NCBI GenBank assembly: GCA_951406725.2
Contig: OX597816.1
Coordinates: forward strand, 68,014,001 to 68,078,000
Length of the DNA: 64,000 nucleotides
Source of the DNA: Octopus vulgaris
Lineage: Eukaryota
Direction of reading: 5' to 3'
Shown here: positions 27,281 through 40,440 of the stretch, piece by piece
Layout: each line of letters starts with the position of its first letter
How positions within the stretch are numbered: the first letter of the stretch is position 1
Position numbers and translations under genes: made by a program
The notes under the pieces: generated by a model
Database searches by the model: none
The model's input: only the letters and a program-made list of their open reading frames with translations
Told to the model about the DNA's origin: nothing

Positions 27281-27647
27281 TAAGACCCCAAAGTTATTCT
27301 GACAACAGACAGACTAGCATAGTCACTTGTGATAACAAAAACACTACTAGGCTTTCAATTATTTGTCTAATATCCTACCAGCGAACTCGCTCGCTCTACA
27401 GCGCTGGGGTGACATTTACAGAATTTGCTTTTTGGAAAAGGTTGTATGAACACGACTAATGATAACTAATCATCGAATTTTATTAATTCTCTCATATATA
27501 TATGAAACTTCTTTAACTTCAATCCTTACTTATTTCGAAAATATGCAAACTTAAACCGTAAAAATATATAATCATAAATCTATCTCGCCACTTCCTAAGG
27601 TGGGTGGCCTTGTGCCAACATTTGACGCTGTCATCATTACTCATTAT

Positions 27648-27900
27648 GGAGGCGCGTGGCTTAGTGGTTAGGGTGTCAGCATCTTAATCGTAAGATTGTG
27701 GTTTCGATTCCTGGACCGGGCGACGCGTTGTGTTTTTGAACAAACACTTCATTTCACATTGCTCCAGCCGTTCAGCTGGCAAAAATGAGTAACGCTGTGA
27801 TGGACTGGCGTCCCGTCCAGCTAGGGAACACATACGCCATAGAAACCGGGAAACTGGGCCCATGAGCCTGGTTAAGCTTTAAAAGGGCGCATTTACTTTT
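27648..27900 (+). mobile_element. tRNA-headed SINE (family C head, gatggactggcgtcccgtccag central domain)
   Basis: tggcttagtggt A box, gtttcgattcc B box, short T-rich repeat tail. Confidence 0.8.
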
Positions 27901-28077
27901 ATTTTATTATTACTCATTGCAAATTATTATATTATTAACAGGTTTGTAAGGGTGGCACCGATGGTGTTACACTGAACAGTAATTAATTTCGTTGATTACT
28001 GAGTAGTAATCCTACCAGCCATGTTCAATAATACATTTTCTCCCACTGGTGATCTACTGAAGATATTTACTATATTC

Positions 28078-28760
28078 AAGGTGGTGAGCGGGCAAAATTG
28101 TTAGTACGCTGGTCAAACTGCTTAGCAGCATTTCGTTCGTCTTCACGTTCTGAGTTCAAATTATACCGAGGTCGATTTTGTTTTTCATCCTTTCGGGGGT
28201 GAATGAAATAAAAACCAGTTGAGCACTGGGATCAATGCAATCGCCTTACCCGCTCCCCAAAATATTGCTGGCCTTGTGGCAAAATTTGAAATCAATATTT
28301 ACTATATTGAAGGCAGCGAGCTGGCAGAGTCGTTACTACGTCAGATAAGATGCTTAGCAGCATTTCGTCCATCTTTACGTTCTGCGTTCAAATTCTCTCG
28401 AGGTCGATTTTGCCTTTCATCTTCTTTGGGGTCGATAAAATAAGTACTAGTTGAGCACCAGAGAAGGTGTGTGGATTAGTGGTTTGGATATTCACGATCA
28501 TAAGGCCGTGAGATCAGTTTCCGGTGACGCGTTGTGTCCTTAAGCAAGACACTTTATTTCGTGTTGCTCCAGTCCACTCAGCTGGAAAAAATAAGTTGTA
28601 CCTGTATTTCAAAGGCTCAACCTTGTTACTTTCTGCGTCACGCTGAATTTCCCTGAGAACTACGTTAAGGGCACATGTGTCTGTGGAGTGCTCAGCCGCT
28701 TGCACGTTAACTTCACAAGAAGGCTCTTCCGTTGATCGGATCAACTGGAACCCGCGTCTT
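28078..28760 (+). mobile_element. Cluster of two family B SINEs and one family C SINE
   Basis: Heads near 28080, 28311 and 28465. Confidence 0.75.
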
Positions 28761-28917
28761 TAAGTAAAAAAGTAATGCTGAATGTCTTGCGTATTCGTAT
28801 CGCACATTTGCATTGTTTTGCGTAAGGACATTCATTTTCATTCTCTCTTGCAAGGATTTTGGTCTGGTCACCGTACCGAGTGTACCCATTTCCTCATTTC
28901 TTTTCAGTTTGTATTCT

Positions 28918-29490
28918 TCGTCTTTTACTTGTTTCAGTGAGTTGAATGCGCCCATGATGGGGCACTACCTTCAGGAATTTTAGTCGAATGAATCGATCTC
29001 CATTCCGTTTTCGTTTAAGCTGGGTACTTATTCTATCGGTTTCTTTTGCCGAAACACCAAGTTACGAAGACGTAAACACATCAACATCGCTTGTGGAGCG
29101 ATGGTGGAAGATAAACATTGACACAAACACACGCATATATACATACAACGTGCTTCTTTCAGTTTCCATCTACCAAACCAGTCACAAGGTTTTGGTCACC
29201 TACAGGCTATAGTAGAAGACACTTATCCAGTGTGTCACGCAGTGGGGCTGAACCTAGATCCATATAGTTGGGAAGCAAACTTCTTACCACACAACCACGC
29301 CTGCGTGTGTACGGAAAAATATAGGCGTGGCTGAGTGGTTAGGGATTTCACTTCGCAACCACTTGACTTCGGGTTGAGTTTCACTGCACTGCGCGGTAAC
29401 TTATACTATATCCCCAGACCGACCAATGTTTTGTGAGTGAATTTGGTAGTTGAATAGGAACGGATTGTGCGTGGAATCCCGTCATATATG
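28918..29490. mobile_element. Head-to-head pair of diverged family A SINEs
   Basis: Minus copy 28918-29305, plus head 29322-29490. Confidence 0.7.
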
Positions 29491-29800
29491 TACATACATA
29501 CATACATAACATAACATACAAAATATCCCAAACTGCACATATACATACATACATACATACATACATGCAAAAATACAAAAATACCCTGTTGAAATTCAAA
29601 TGAAAGAGCCTTGGATCTTGGTTAGAAACCAGCTCTTTCTCTATTGCTCCGTTGGCATGAAGCCTTGAAATGAAACTGAATAATGACATACATATATGTA
29701 TATAATATATACGTGTGTGTGTGTGTGTGTGTATCTGAGTGTTTGTAGTCATTCGCTTTCTCTTTGTTTTTCGAAGGTATTTATATCAGCAGGGCAGCTG

Positions 29801-29842
<42 letters not shown>

Positions 29843-30661
29843 AAGAATGTAATTTTCATCTCGAATTCTGTGTGCATGTGTGTGTGTATGTATGTGTGTG
29901 TATGTGTATGTAGGTGCGCGCGTGAGTGTATTTCTGTGTCAGTGTCTGCGTATGTGCGTGCGCACTTGTGTGTAACAAAGATTTTAGTGTCCTTATCTGT
30001 TGATTCCTATAATCTCTTGATTTTACAAGCAAGAAAATGTATTTTATATTTAGCTTTATTAAAAGAGAAATCATTATTGTAAAGAAAGCAATAATTATGC
30101 GTAGCAATATTTTTTCAGCTGGTTAAATTGTTGTTTCCGACAATTCAGAAAGAGCGGCCATTTTTAATAGCATAAATTTGGGTATTACCAAGGAAATACA
30201 AATGGTAGAAATGGCATGTTTACTAAATGAACTGTTAGTACATACATATCTGGTATGTACTTCGTATTAAGCTTTCATAGACTGATGTTGTTGCTGTTGC
30301 AATAGGAAATAGTATTTAATCGTCGAACACTGTGAGCTTATCTGTTGCTTATTATGACACTATCGCATATATCTATAGAGGAAGTACTTTATTAATATGA
30401 CTACGTGTTTCTTTACGCACGTTCAAAAGCAAACGAGCGCGCGCTCGTATACACACACATTCATAGAGACGCATAAAGGGAGGAAGAAAGGAAAAGCAAA
30501 AAAAGAGGGAGAAAAGGGAGAAATAAATGTCTTTACTGTGTAAAATATATTATAGCAAAATATATATGGTACACTATATATATGAGCATATATAATTATG
30601 TATGTATGTATGTAATGTATGTGTAGTGACGTCATATTCCAGTGTGCGCACACGCAACGTC

Positions 30662-30765
30662 ATTCTTCAGTGTGCGTGTGCGGAACGTATTCTTCAGTGT
30701 GCGTGTGCAGGACATATTCTTCAGTGTGCGTGTGCGGGACGTATTCTTCAGTGTGCGTGTGCGGG
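30662..30765 (+). repeat. 27-bp minisatellite, about 3.8 copies
   Basis: attcttcagtgtgcgtgtgc(g/a)g(g/a)ac(g/a)t units at 30662, 30689, 30716 and 30743. Confidence 0.95.
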
Positions 30766-30768
30766 GTT

Positions 30769-30793
30769 GGAACCTTCTGGAACCTTCTGGAAA
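30769..30793. promoter_or_regulatory. Perfect five-unit heat-shock element
   Basis: gGAAc-cTTCt-gGAAc-cTTCt-gGAAa; a second three-unit HSE at 31102-31116 and a CRE palindrome TGACGTCA at 30627-34. Function untested. Confidence 0.55.
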
Positions 30794-30880
30794 GGCATAA
30801 GGAAGTTTCCTCATGCACATGCGCTAGAGACTGGGGAAGAAATTCTATCGCGTTCCTTAATAGCGTCGTTGACTTGAAAC

Positions 30881-31069
30881 ATGGCTATTGAAGAGAAAGG
30901 ACGTATTTTTAAACGTGTGATCAGCCTATTCTCCTGTCCCAGACGCTTGGGATTTGACCTGCTCTGTTGCTGCAGAATTTGTTATAAGAATCTTACAAAC
31001 GTTAAAATTCAGCCTTGCTGTGTTGAACTAAGTGATACCAATATACCAACGTGCTTCATTTGTGAATAA
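30881..31069 (+). CDS. Putative 62-aa Cys-rich, degenerate RING-like protein
   Basis: aacATGG start context, CRICYKNLTNVKIQPC...TCFIC, AATAAA at 31073-78; lacks the central His/Cys ligands. Confidence 0.35.
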   Translation: MAIEEKGRIFKRVISLFSCPRRLGFDLLCCCRICYKNLTNVKIQPCCVELSDTNIPTCFICE

Positions 31070-31195
31070 GAGAATAAATAATCATATATATTTTTTAACT
31101 TGGAAGTTTCTAGAAACAAAAAGAAAGGAAATTGTGTTGCACCCAAGTTGCACCCAAAAAGTGTAAAGAAGCAACCAGTTCCCTTTACATATGTG

Positions 31196-31268
<73 letters not shown>

Positions 31269-31270
<2 letters not shown>

Positions 31271-31432
31271 ATAAAGTACAGTGTACATTTAAACACATTA
31301 AGAGGTATCCATCATAGGACACACCGATTTTATCCCTAATTAGTGGTTTGGACTTTAGCTGTTCCTTGTAGCGTAAGGGAATCCAATGATGGATACCTCT
31401 TAATGTGTTTAAATGTACACTGTATTTTATAT
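31269..31432. repeat. Inverted repeat (about 50-bp arms, about 60-bp spacer)
   Basis: tacagtgtacatttaaacacattaagaggtatccatcat versus atgatggatacctcttaatgtgtttaaatgtacactgta. Confidence 0.9.
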
Positions 31433-31710
31433 GAATAATATATAGTCTATTGACTAATTTTTCTATACGCTAGTCCACTGGTAGTAAAAACTTCTTAAAT
31501 CTTTATTACCCTGGTATTATTAATTATTAAGTATAATGATTTCTGGAAAATTTGTTCAAAGAAATTGCCGGCATGTTTTTGCTGCCTAAAAAAATGCGCC
31601 TGCGCAGTGGTTTTGAAAAATTAGAATGTATGAGCAAGAGGCACATGCTGGATTGGCCTCCTGCTTATATATTTAATCTTGGCGTACCTGTTGACGAAGA
31701 CTTCGTCTGG

Positions 31711-32134
31711 CACCACCTTCAGGGACACCACCTTCAAGGACACCACCTTCAAGTGTTTTAGTTGAATGAATCGACCCTAGAGCTTATTTTTTAAGCCTTG
31801 TACTTATTCTAGCGTTCCCTTTTGCTATGTTACGGGGACGCAATCACACCAACACCGGTTGTCAAACGTGGTGGTGGTGATGGGACAAACACAGGCACAA
31901 AGACACATACACACACATACACACATCACACACACATACACACGCTCACACATACACATATGTATATATACGACGAGTTTGTTTCAGTTTCCGTCTACCA
32001 AATACACTCCCAGGTCTTTGGTCGGCCCGAGACTATAGTAGAAGACACTTGCCCAAACTGCTATGCAGTGGGACCGAATCCGGAACCATGAGGTTGGGAA
32101 GCAAGCTTCTTACCACACAGCCATGCGTGCGCCT
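31711..32134 (-). mobile_element. SINE family A copy with a 15-bp triplication at the tail junction
   Basis: caccaccttcaggga-type unit three times at 31711-31753, then the minus-strand family A body. Confidence 0.8.
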
Positions 32135-32291
32135 ATAAGTAAACATACATACATACATACACAATACAAACATGCATACATACAAACATACATAAACACA
32201 CACACACACACACACGCATATATATATATATATATATAAATAATAGAAAATATAGTATATGTATATATATCTCTACATACGTACACACACA

Positions 32292-32373
<82 letters not shown>

Positions 32374-32377
32374 CGCG

Positions 32378-33982
32378 TGCATATATGGGTTCAGAACGTC
32401 ACCAACGGTGCAAATAACATGAAATACGTGGACAAACGAGGGAAAAACAAGTGAAATACGTAAACAACGAGAAAAAAAAAAAAAGGAAAACAGGACAAGT
32501 AAACACAGAGAAAGGACCTTTCATCAGTCGTCAGTTGTCTATGTGCTCATTTCCTGCATTCAGCGACAATATCCGTCTTCAAAGACAGTTGTTCCCATAA
32601 ATTCTAAACTAAAATTTAGGATTTCTGGTGAGTCAAAGTTGTGAACAAAAAAATGACAGTGGCGGCATACAAGAAAACCGAACGAAAACAAAGATGAAGA
32701 ATCATTAGACCAGAACGAGAAGAAAATAGTGAATCCTGGGAGAAACATTATTTTTGAAGAGAAAGGTAGGAGAGAGAAGAACACGTTCGTTGTTTTATAT
32801 GTCCACGCAGGAAAAGAAAGATGGTCACGTGAGGAAAAGAAAAATGAACGATGGTCACGTGCAGCAACGAGAGAGGGAGGGAGAGAGAGAGAGAAAAAAA
32901 GGAGAAAAGGAGAGAGAGAGAGAGAGACAGATAGTTGCATCAAAAAGGTGAAGATAAACTTACTTGGAAACCGAACGAAAACAAATATGGAGGGTCAATT
33001 TGTTTATCAGCAAAATTGCCGACACATATATGTACATACATATATATGCGTGTATGTTTATGTATATATGTCTGCATATATGTATGGATACATGTGTGTG
33101 AATGTATATGTATATACTTATTTATACACAAACACACAGACACACACACACATTTATATTCATATTCGTCAGGCTTCTTTCAGTTTCCGCCTACCAAATC
33201 CCCTTGGAAGGCTGTGGCCGGCCGAGGCTTATAGTAGCAGACACTTACTGAAGGTGTCACGCAGTGAAACTGAACCTGGAACCATGTGGTTGGGAAGCAA
33301 ACATTCATTTACCTACACACACATATACATACATACATACATACATACATACATACATACATACATACATACATACATACATACATACATACATACATAC
33401 ATACGTACTTACATACACTCTATACTGTTTTTCTACCCCATCGTTTTCTCTACCGTTTTCTGTCTGCTCTCTCTCTCTCCCTCTTTCTCCTGTTCTCTCT
33501 CTCGTTCCCCACACTGACCATTGTCCATCTTTCTTTTCCTCACGTGATCATCTTTCTTTTCTTTCAGGACTGTTCTAAGGACGGAACGTATCCTATCTCT
33601 CTCTTCTATCTTTCCTCTTCTCAAAGAAAATATTTTTCTAGCGTTCACTATGTTACCCTCGTTCTCGTCTAATGGCCTCCATTTTTGTTTTCGTTCGGTT
33701 TCTTTGTATATCTCCTCGTCCTGTTTTTGTTCCCAACTTTGACCCTCCATAAATCCCAAATTATATTTTCGTACTTATGGGAGCAACTTTCTTCGAAGCC
33801 TCATATTGTCCTTCAATGCTCGAAATGAGAAGTTGATAGACAACTGACAACTGATGAAGGGTCGTTCTTTGTGTTACTTGTCCTATTTTCCATTTGTTTC
33901 TCTCGTTGTTTGCGCATTGAACTCATTTATTCTCGTATTTCATGTTGTTTACTGTTGGTGACGTCCTATGCCCATATATGCA
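32378..33982. mobile_element. Inverted pair of about 530-bp PLE-like terminal repeats (32378-32930 minus, 33460-33982 plus)
   Basis: Blocks such as tcacgtgaggaaaaga / tcttttcctcacgtga, aaaccgaacgaaaacaaa / tttgttttcgttcggttt and ttcatcagt / actgatgaa are mirrored. Confidence 0.8.
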
Positions 33983-34966
33983 TGTGTATGTGTGTGTGTA
34001 TGCATATATATATATATATATACATACAATTTATATATATATATATGTGTGTGTGTGTGTATGTGTGTGTGTATGTGTGTGTGTATGTAATTACACACAC
34101 AATAATTTAAGTGTTCGTGTATACATATATATCTGTATTCTCTCAAGCGTATATTCACATTCACACACGCATGCAACCATAAGCAACTACCAGAACAATA
34201 ATAAAACATATAACTGTCTTTAAGTGGTTCTTTTGTCCACCATGTTTAGCCAGTGTTTCTCACCAGTTAACACGACGTACTGAAAATATTAAGAAGAGAT
34301 ACGTAAATCAGTCACACGCTACAGAGAGAGCACTTTCCCACGAAATCTAGTACGATAGTCTGACACGTGTCTCAATATATGTCCCCTTAATTCATCAATC
34401 TCTCTGCCTGTCTGTCTCTCTTTCTCTCCCCCCCGCCTCTCAAATTCACGCATTCCCTTCCACTCTCATATATATACTCTCATTTGCTTTTACATTCAGA
34501 TATACTTAACATTAGCATCACGCGAGCTCAAATAGTCAAATCTACGTGTGTACATACAACAGGGTATCTCTGAGACACACATGTGGCTTCAGACGTATGC
34601 ATTCATACATTCACACGCACAACGTACATATAAATCTTTGCACATTCTCACAATCTACATATACTCCTACAGGCACGCACAACGACACACGTATACATAC
34701 ATACAAAAGCATACATGCAGACTGATAAAAATAATAAAATACTAGATATAGAGAGGAGGGTAATTACTGCATAAATAAACAAATAAAATAATTTATTCAT
34801 TATATTTTATTCTCCGAAGTAACATAAATTCATATACACACTAATGAACGAACACACACACACACACACACAGAACAAACACATACACACGCACTCACAC
34901 AAACACGCATGATTATGGTTTCAAGGGGCGTAAAATTGCATATAAGCGACAAAAGGATTCAATATA

Positions 34967-35131
34967 GGCGCAGGAGTGGCTGTGTGGTAAGTAGCTTGCT
35001 TACCAACCACATGGTTCCGGGTTCAGTCCCACTGCGTGGCGCCTTGGGCAAGTGTTTTCTACTATAGTCTCGGTCCCACCAAAGCCTTGTGAGTGGATTT
35101 GGTAGACGGAAACTGAAAGAAGCACGCCGTA

Positions 35132-35208
<77 letters not shown>

Positions 35209-35428
35209 CTGTGTGTGTGTGTGTGTGTGTGCCTGTGTTTGTCCCCCCAACATCGCTTGACAACCGATGTTGGTGTGTTTACGTCCCCGTAACCTAGCGG
35301 TTCGGCAAAAGATACATATAGAATAAGTACTAGGCTTACAAAGAAAAAGTCCTGAGGTCAATTTGCTTGACTAAAGGCGGTGCTCCAGCATGGCTGCAGT
35401 GAAATGACTGAAACAAGTAAAAGAGTAA
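34967..35428 (+). mobile_element. Full-length SINE family A
   Basis: Closest to consensus; ggcgcaggagtggctgtgtggtaag...gaaacaagtaaaagag. Confidence 0.93.
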
Positions 35429-35968
35429 TACTACTAAATAAAGTGGAATAGCATTGATTTATTTAGTGCTGAGTCTGTGAGTCACCTCCAGTTGAACGGT
35501 AACGAGGACGCTAACGAGAAACTCCATATATATATATTAGAAATATGTTACAAAAAGAAAATAAAAACTATACGTGGAAATGTAAAGGGAAAGTAAGAAG
35601 AAAAATAAGCGAAAATGCACATTGGATATAAACAAAGTAAAGGCTTTTTATGAAAAGTAGCGAAAGATATATACAATTAGATGAACTGAGATATGAATAA
35701 AAGTAGTAAAAGTCATTACTGTGAATTGTTAAAGAGATTCAAAAGCATACCGTTTTCGTAAAATTACTAATCATTGCTTTGAATAGACACCGATTACTGA
35801 ACGGTGTCAGGTCTACTAGTCCCTGAGTAAAAAGATTATGCGTAAGGGAGGTAAATAGTTCTGGATTAAGTGCAATTAGGGTAGATATAAATCTGTAATG
35901 TGAATGGTGTATGGAATGTGCGGGGGTTAGTGATATTAATTGAAAGGTTTGTAGTGTTCTGTATTATG

Positions 35969-36135
35969 TTATGTGTTCATATTGAGTTGTGGAAGATATT
36001 TATTGATGAAAGTTGCCTCTTTATTCATTCTTTGTTGCACTGAGGTGTTCTGTGAACATTGATAGAAGGGAAAATTAGGAAATTAGGATTAAGATCCCTA
36101 GCACACCTTTCTATGTGTTCACTGACCTGTATCTG
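35969..36135 (-). pseudogene. C-terminus of a Penelope-like GIY-YIG endonuclease
   Basis: [21 protein letters not shown](fs)[31 protein letters not shown]; E...I....P.LN terminal motif. Confidence 0.7.
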
Positions 36136-36169
36136 CATATATATACACACATTCACAGACACACACACG

Positions 36170-36208
<39 letters not shown>

Positions 36209-36296
36209 GTATGTATATGTATATATATATATATATACATACATACATACATACATACATACATACATACATACATACATACATACATACATAAAT

Positions 36297-36371
<75 letters not shown>

Positions 36372-36435
36372 CGTAAATGTCGAACGATGAAATTTAATTG
36401 CTCAACACCACATTGGTGGATATAATTTCTTTATT

Positions 36436-36634
36436 TGTGAATTAAGGCTACCATTGGTTTCATGTTAAGAAAAGTAGGAAAATACCCTAGTGTCTTAACA
36501 ATTTCTCAAGCCGATCACATGGAGAAAATTGTTCGCCTAATTTTTCTATATATGATCGGCTTGAAAAATTGTTAAGACACTAGGATGTCTTCCTACTTTT
36601 CTTAATATGAAACCAATGGTACCCTTAATTCACA
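36436..36634. repeat. Foldback hairpin (about 93-bp arms) carrying two hammerhead-like motifs
   Basis: tgtgaattaagg...agaaaatt / aatttttct...ccttaattcaca. Confidence 0.92.
36446..36512 (-). ncRNA. Type I hammerhead-like motif with U3-A8 covariation
   Basis: GGC-TTGAGAA-atTGTTAAGA..TAGG..CCTA..TCTTAACAt-GAAA-CCA(a)TGG-TA-GCC; sister copy 36558-36624 on the plus strand. Confidence 0.7.
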
Positions 36635-37530
36635 CACACACACACACATGTCTGTGTGTATGTGTGTGTGCGTGTATGTTTGTGTGTGTGTCTGTGTGGT
36701 ATTTTATCTCCATTTCTATATATTTAAAAATATTCAAAATGTATTTCCCTTCAGTTTAAATGATTTCGATTTGCACTGTGATTTGCCGAACTAGCCCACC
36801 GTGTAAACCGAGGGGCAGTTGTAGATTGATATCTACAAAAGATGATAAACCACTGAAAAACTGTTCCCCCAAAAGATAAAGGTGACAAAATATATAAATG
36901 TTCAATCAAATATTCGTCCCTTTTCCCGTTTAGAAATTTGATAGATAAGACAATTGCTCCTTAGTCTCGCTACAACACGTGACATATTATCAAATGCGTA
37001 TTGTCGTGGGAAATGGTGAGTGGGTGGGGAATCCACTTATGGGTTTATGATTGCCGAACGGGCGTTTCCGAATAAAATGCTAAGATGTTATTGATTTAGT
37101 TGTTGTTGGTGATGATGTTTTTTTGTTGTTGTTTTTGTGTTGTTTCATTAAGCCCCATCAATCCCAGCTAATCAGACTTATGATAAAGCGTTTCAGTTAT
37201 GGCCATCGCCGTCTCAGCGCTTGCGAAGCGGATAGAATGATTCGAGGTATTTGGTGTGGTTCTCTGCGCTCTGATTTCAAATCTCACCGAGGTCATCTTT
37301 TCCTTTCATCGTTTTGGGGCCGATCAAATAAATAAATAAATAAAAAACAGGGTACTAATCCTTTGCTGAAATACTGTTTATAGGGAACATACGACTAGAA
37401 ATAAATGTAGAACAGCAGCAAATATCGCGCTCCAACCGAGGCCACCTCGTTCACTGTGACCGTCACCAGAACTTTCAGAAATTAATGTATAGATTGTGCA
37501 GCGAACGCAAAAAGTGTAACAACCCAAGTT

Positions 37531-37604
37531 GATACAAATCGGGAGCGAACTCGAGACCTCATGGATGCAAAACAAACGTCTTATCCATTCAACCATACTG
37601 CACT
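37531..37604 (-). pseudogene. tRNA-like (Cys, GCA loop) SINE head or pseudogene
   Basis: tggttgaatggataag...ttttGCAtcc...gagttcgctccc; acceptor stem poorly paired. Confidence 0.35.
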
Positions 37605-38239
37605 TACATGACCGTTATTAATAGCCACAAAAGATACAGTCATTGGTCCAGAAACCATTTGTGTTCTTTCGTTATACTTGTTTAAATGTTATAACAATAC
37701 CGACTGCTCTTCTGACTATGTAAATTACATATATCCTTATCCTATACAACACATATATTTCCTTGACTTCTGTAATATCTAGCGTCTCTCATGTCATTAG
37801 ATCTTTCAATCCAGAGCGGTAGAGTGTTGGGATTGCTGGAATGTCATGTGAAATACTCCAGCTCTTTGAACTCTGACAGCAACTCTTGCGGTGACGCTGC
37901 GGTGTCAAGCTCTACTGACCCAAATCGGCAACCTTTCTCATGGATAAACATCAGTGAGGTTGGAAAGGGCGACTTGCATGTATGGACAACCGTCTGCCTT
38001 CCTAAAAACGTCTTGCCCAGGCCTGTAAATATATATAGATATATGGTCAACCTCGATCTTTCTCTCCATGACTATCGTATCTTTTTTTTTGTATATCTGG
38101 ATCTACGTTGTACAATGGCATCTTAAAATTTTGTTGTTAATTTTAGCAGTTCGAGTGACTGTATAGAAATTCACACTTTGGGCCGAGATAGTTTGCTGTT
38201 CTTGCAACAATTTTTTTATTTGCTGTTGTTGCTGTTGCT

Positions 38240-38606
38240 GTTGAGCGAACGGTCATCGTCCCAGAGCTCGCAAGATGGGAGAAGTCCGAAATGTGGTCCT
38301 TTGCTATTCGTAAGACCCGCAGAAGAGAAAGCAGGTCAACCCCCGACACCGAGAGCATCGACGGATGGATGAATGCGCACCAGGCTCAGCGATGCGTAGG
38401 AAGTCGGGGACAAGAAACAGGAAGAAAGAATGAGAGAAAGTTGGAGCGAAAGAGTACAACAGGAGTCGCCACCACGCCCTGCCGGAGATCGTGGAGCTTT
38501 AGGTGTTTTCGCTCAATAAACACATACAACGCCCGGTCTGGGAATCGAAACCGTGATCCTCCGACCGCGAGTCCGCTGCCCTAACCATTGGGCCATTGCG
38601 CCTCCA
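38240..38606 (-). mobile_element. tRNA-headed SINE family D
   Basis: tggaggcgcaatggccc..tggttagggcagcggactcgcgg..gtttcgattccc head; related copies at 40021-40315 and 55551-56073 carry different tails. Confidence 0.85.
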
Positions 38607-39179
38607 CTGCTGTTGTTGCTCTTCCTTTTGTTGTTATTGTTAAGCTTCGGATCATCCCTGGTCAAGAAGATCTCTGATTAAAGCTATTCCAGGGGGCTCA
38701 GGACCATATCATCCAATTGATATATTTTCTAAGATGATGGTGTGAGATTTGAGGGAGAAATGGCTGCTATTTATAGCAGTTCGAGCCACGACATTGGTTT
38801 GTTTGTGGCTGTTATTGTTGCTGATATTGTATAATCTCATATAACCCGTGATCAAGTGTACCCTTTAATACTCAGGCACACTGTGGATGAATTTGTGAGA
38901 TTCTTAGACCTAATGCTCAATATTCAAACCTTGATATCAAATGCTTCGACTCGTTAAGGATCACATAGCATAACCCGGTACTCAATGGTTTATTGTATGC
39001 AGTACAGAGTTGCATTCTCAATATGTTACCGTTTTGCATTCACTGTATAATCTGTACTATAATTCTTGAAAGTTCTGGCAAAAGTCACAGGGCGTGAAGT
39101 GGAATTAATCGGATCGTGACATTCGTTGTTTTTTCCACACAATCTCACACACTCACACACAGGCACAGTCACACATATA

Positions 39180-39395
39180 TATTTTATTTTAGTTGAATCA
39201 CTCACTCGCTACTCTGAATTTCACCTGTACGTGCGCAGGATCTTGAGGCAATTTATGTCTTAAGACCCTGTCATAACTTGTCTGAAGGTCCTGTATTCTC
39301 ACAGATGAAACGCAGAATAGCAAAAGAGTGACTGAACCAAAATAAATACATTATTAATATCTATTTCGTATTGAGTAATCGTTTGTCCGTCAGTT
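39180..39395. mobile_element. Head-to-head PLE-like terminal repeats, each with a mutated hammerhead
   Basis: Minus 39205-39251 (core CTCAAGA) and plus 39278-39323 (core CTGAAGG); joint consensus ttgc-CTGAAGA-tcctgt..acaggt-GAAACTCAGAGTA-gcaa. Confidence 0.65.
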
Positions 39396-39399
39396 AACA

Positions 39400-39482
<83 letters not shown>

Positions 39483-39514
39483 CACATACATACATACATA
39501 CATACATACATATT

Positions 39515-39775
39515 TTTTTTTACTGCCCACAAGGGGCTACACACAGAGGGGGCAAACAAGAAGAGACAAAGGGATTAAGTCGATTACATCGACCCCAGTG
39601 CGTAACTGGTACTTATTTAATTTAGACCAGTGTACAACTGGTACTTATTTAATCGACCCCGAAAGGATGAAAGACAAAGTCGACCTCGGCGGAATTTGAA
39701 CTCAGAAAGTAGCGGCAGACGAAATACCGCTAAGCATTTCGCCCGGCGTGCTAACGATTCTGCCAGCTCGCCACC
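39515..39775 (-). mobile_element. SINE family B copy
   Basis: Near-consensus reverse complement of 63361-63600. Confidence 0.9.
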
Positions 39776-39978
39776 TTATACATACATAAGTATCAGGTGG
39801 TTATATCAGGTCAGACATGACCTGGACCGATTATTTGACGAAAAATATCTATATCTAACTAGCATTAGTTTTTAGGGTCGTTCAATTTTTCTCAACCGAC
39901 AACGATTATTGGAAACAGCTGTTAGTCGAATTTGCAACAATAAAAGAATATGTAAAGACCGTTATTTATACCTTGTCT

Positions 39979-40019
<41 letters not shown>

Positions 40020-40020
40020 T

Positions 40021-40440
<420 letters not shown>

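Noticed and set aside
30662-30765. CRISPR-like array
   Set aside because: Units are contiguous with no unique spacers; eukaryotic context, no cas genes.
32729-33517. 262-aa ORF, longest in the track
   Set aside because: It runs through a purine-rich repeat, microsatellites and a SINE head.
37531-37604. Functional tRNA gene (also all SINE heads)
   Set aside because: Acceptor and anticodon stems do not pair properly.
37844-37990. Mariner transposase C-terminal remnant (KGCRFGSVE)
   Set aside because: Too short and degenerate, with no TIR.
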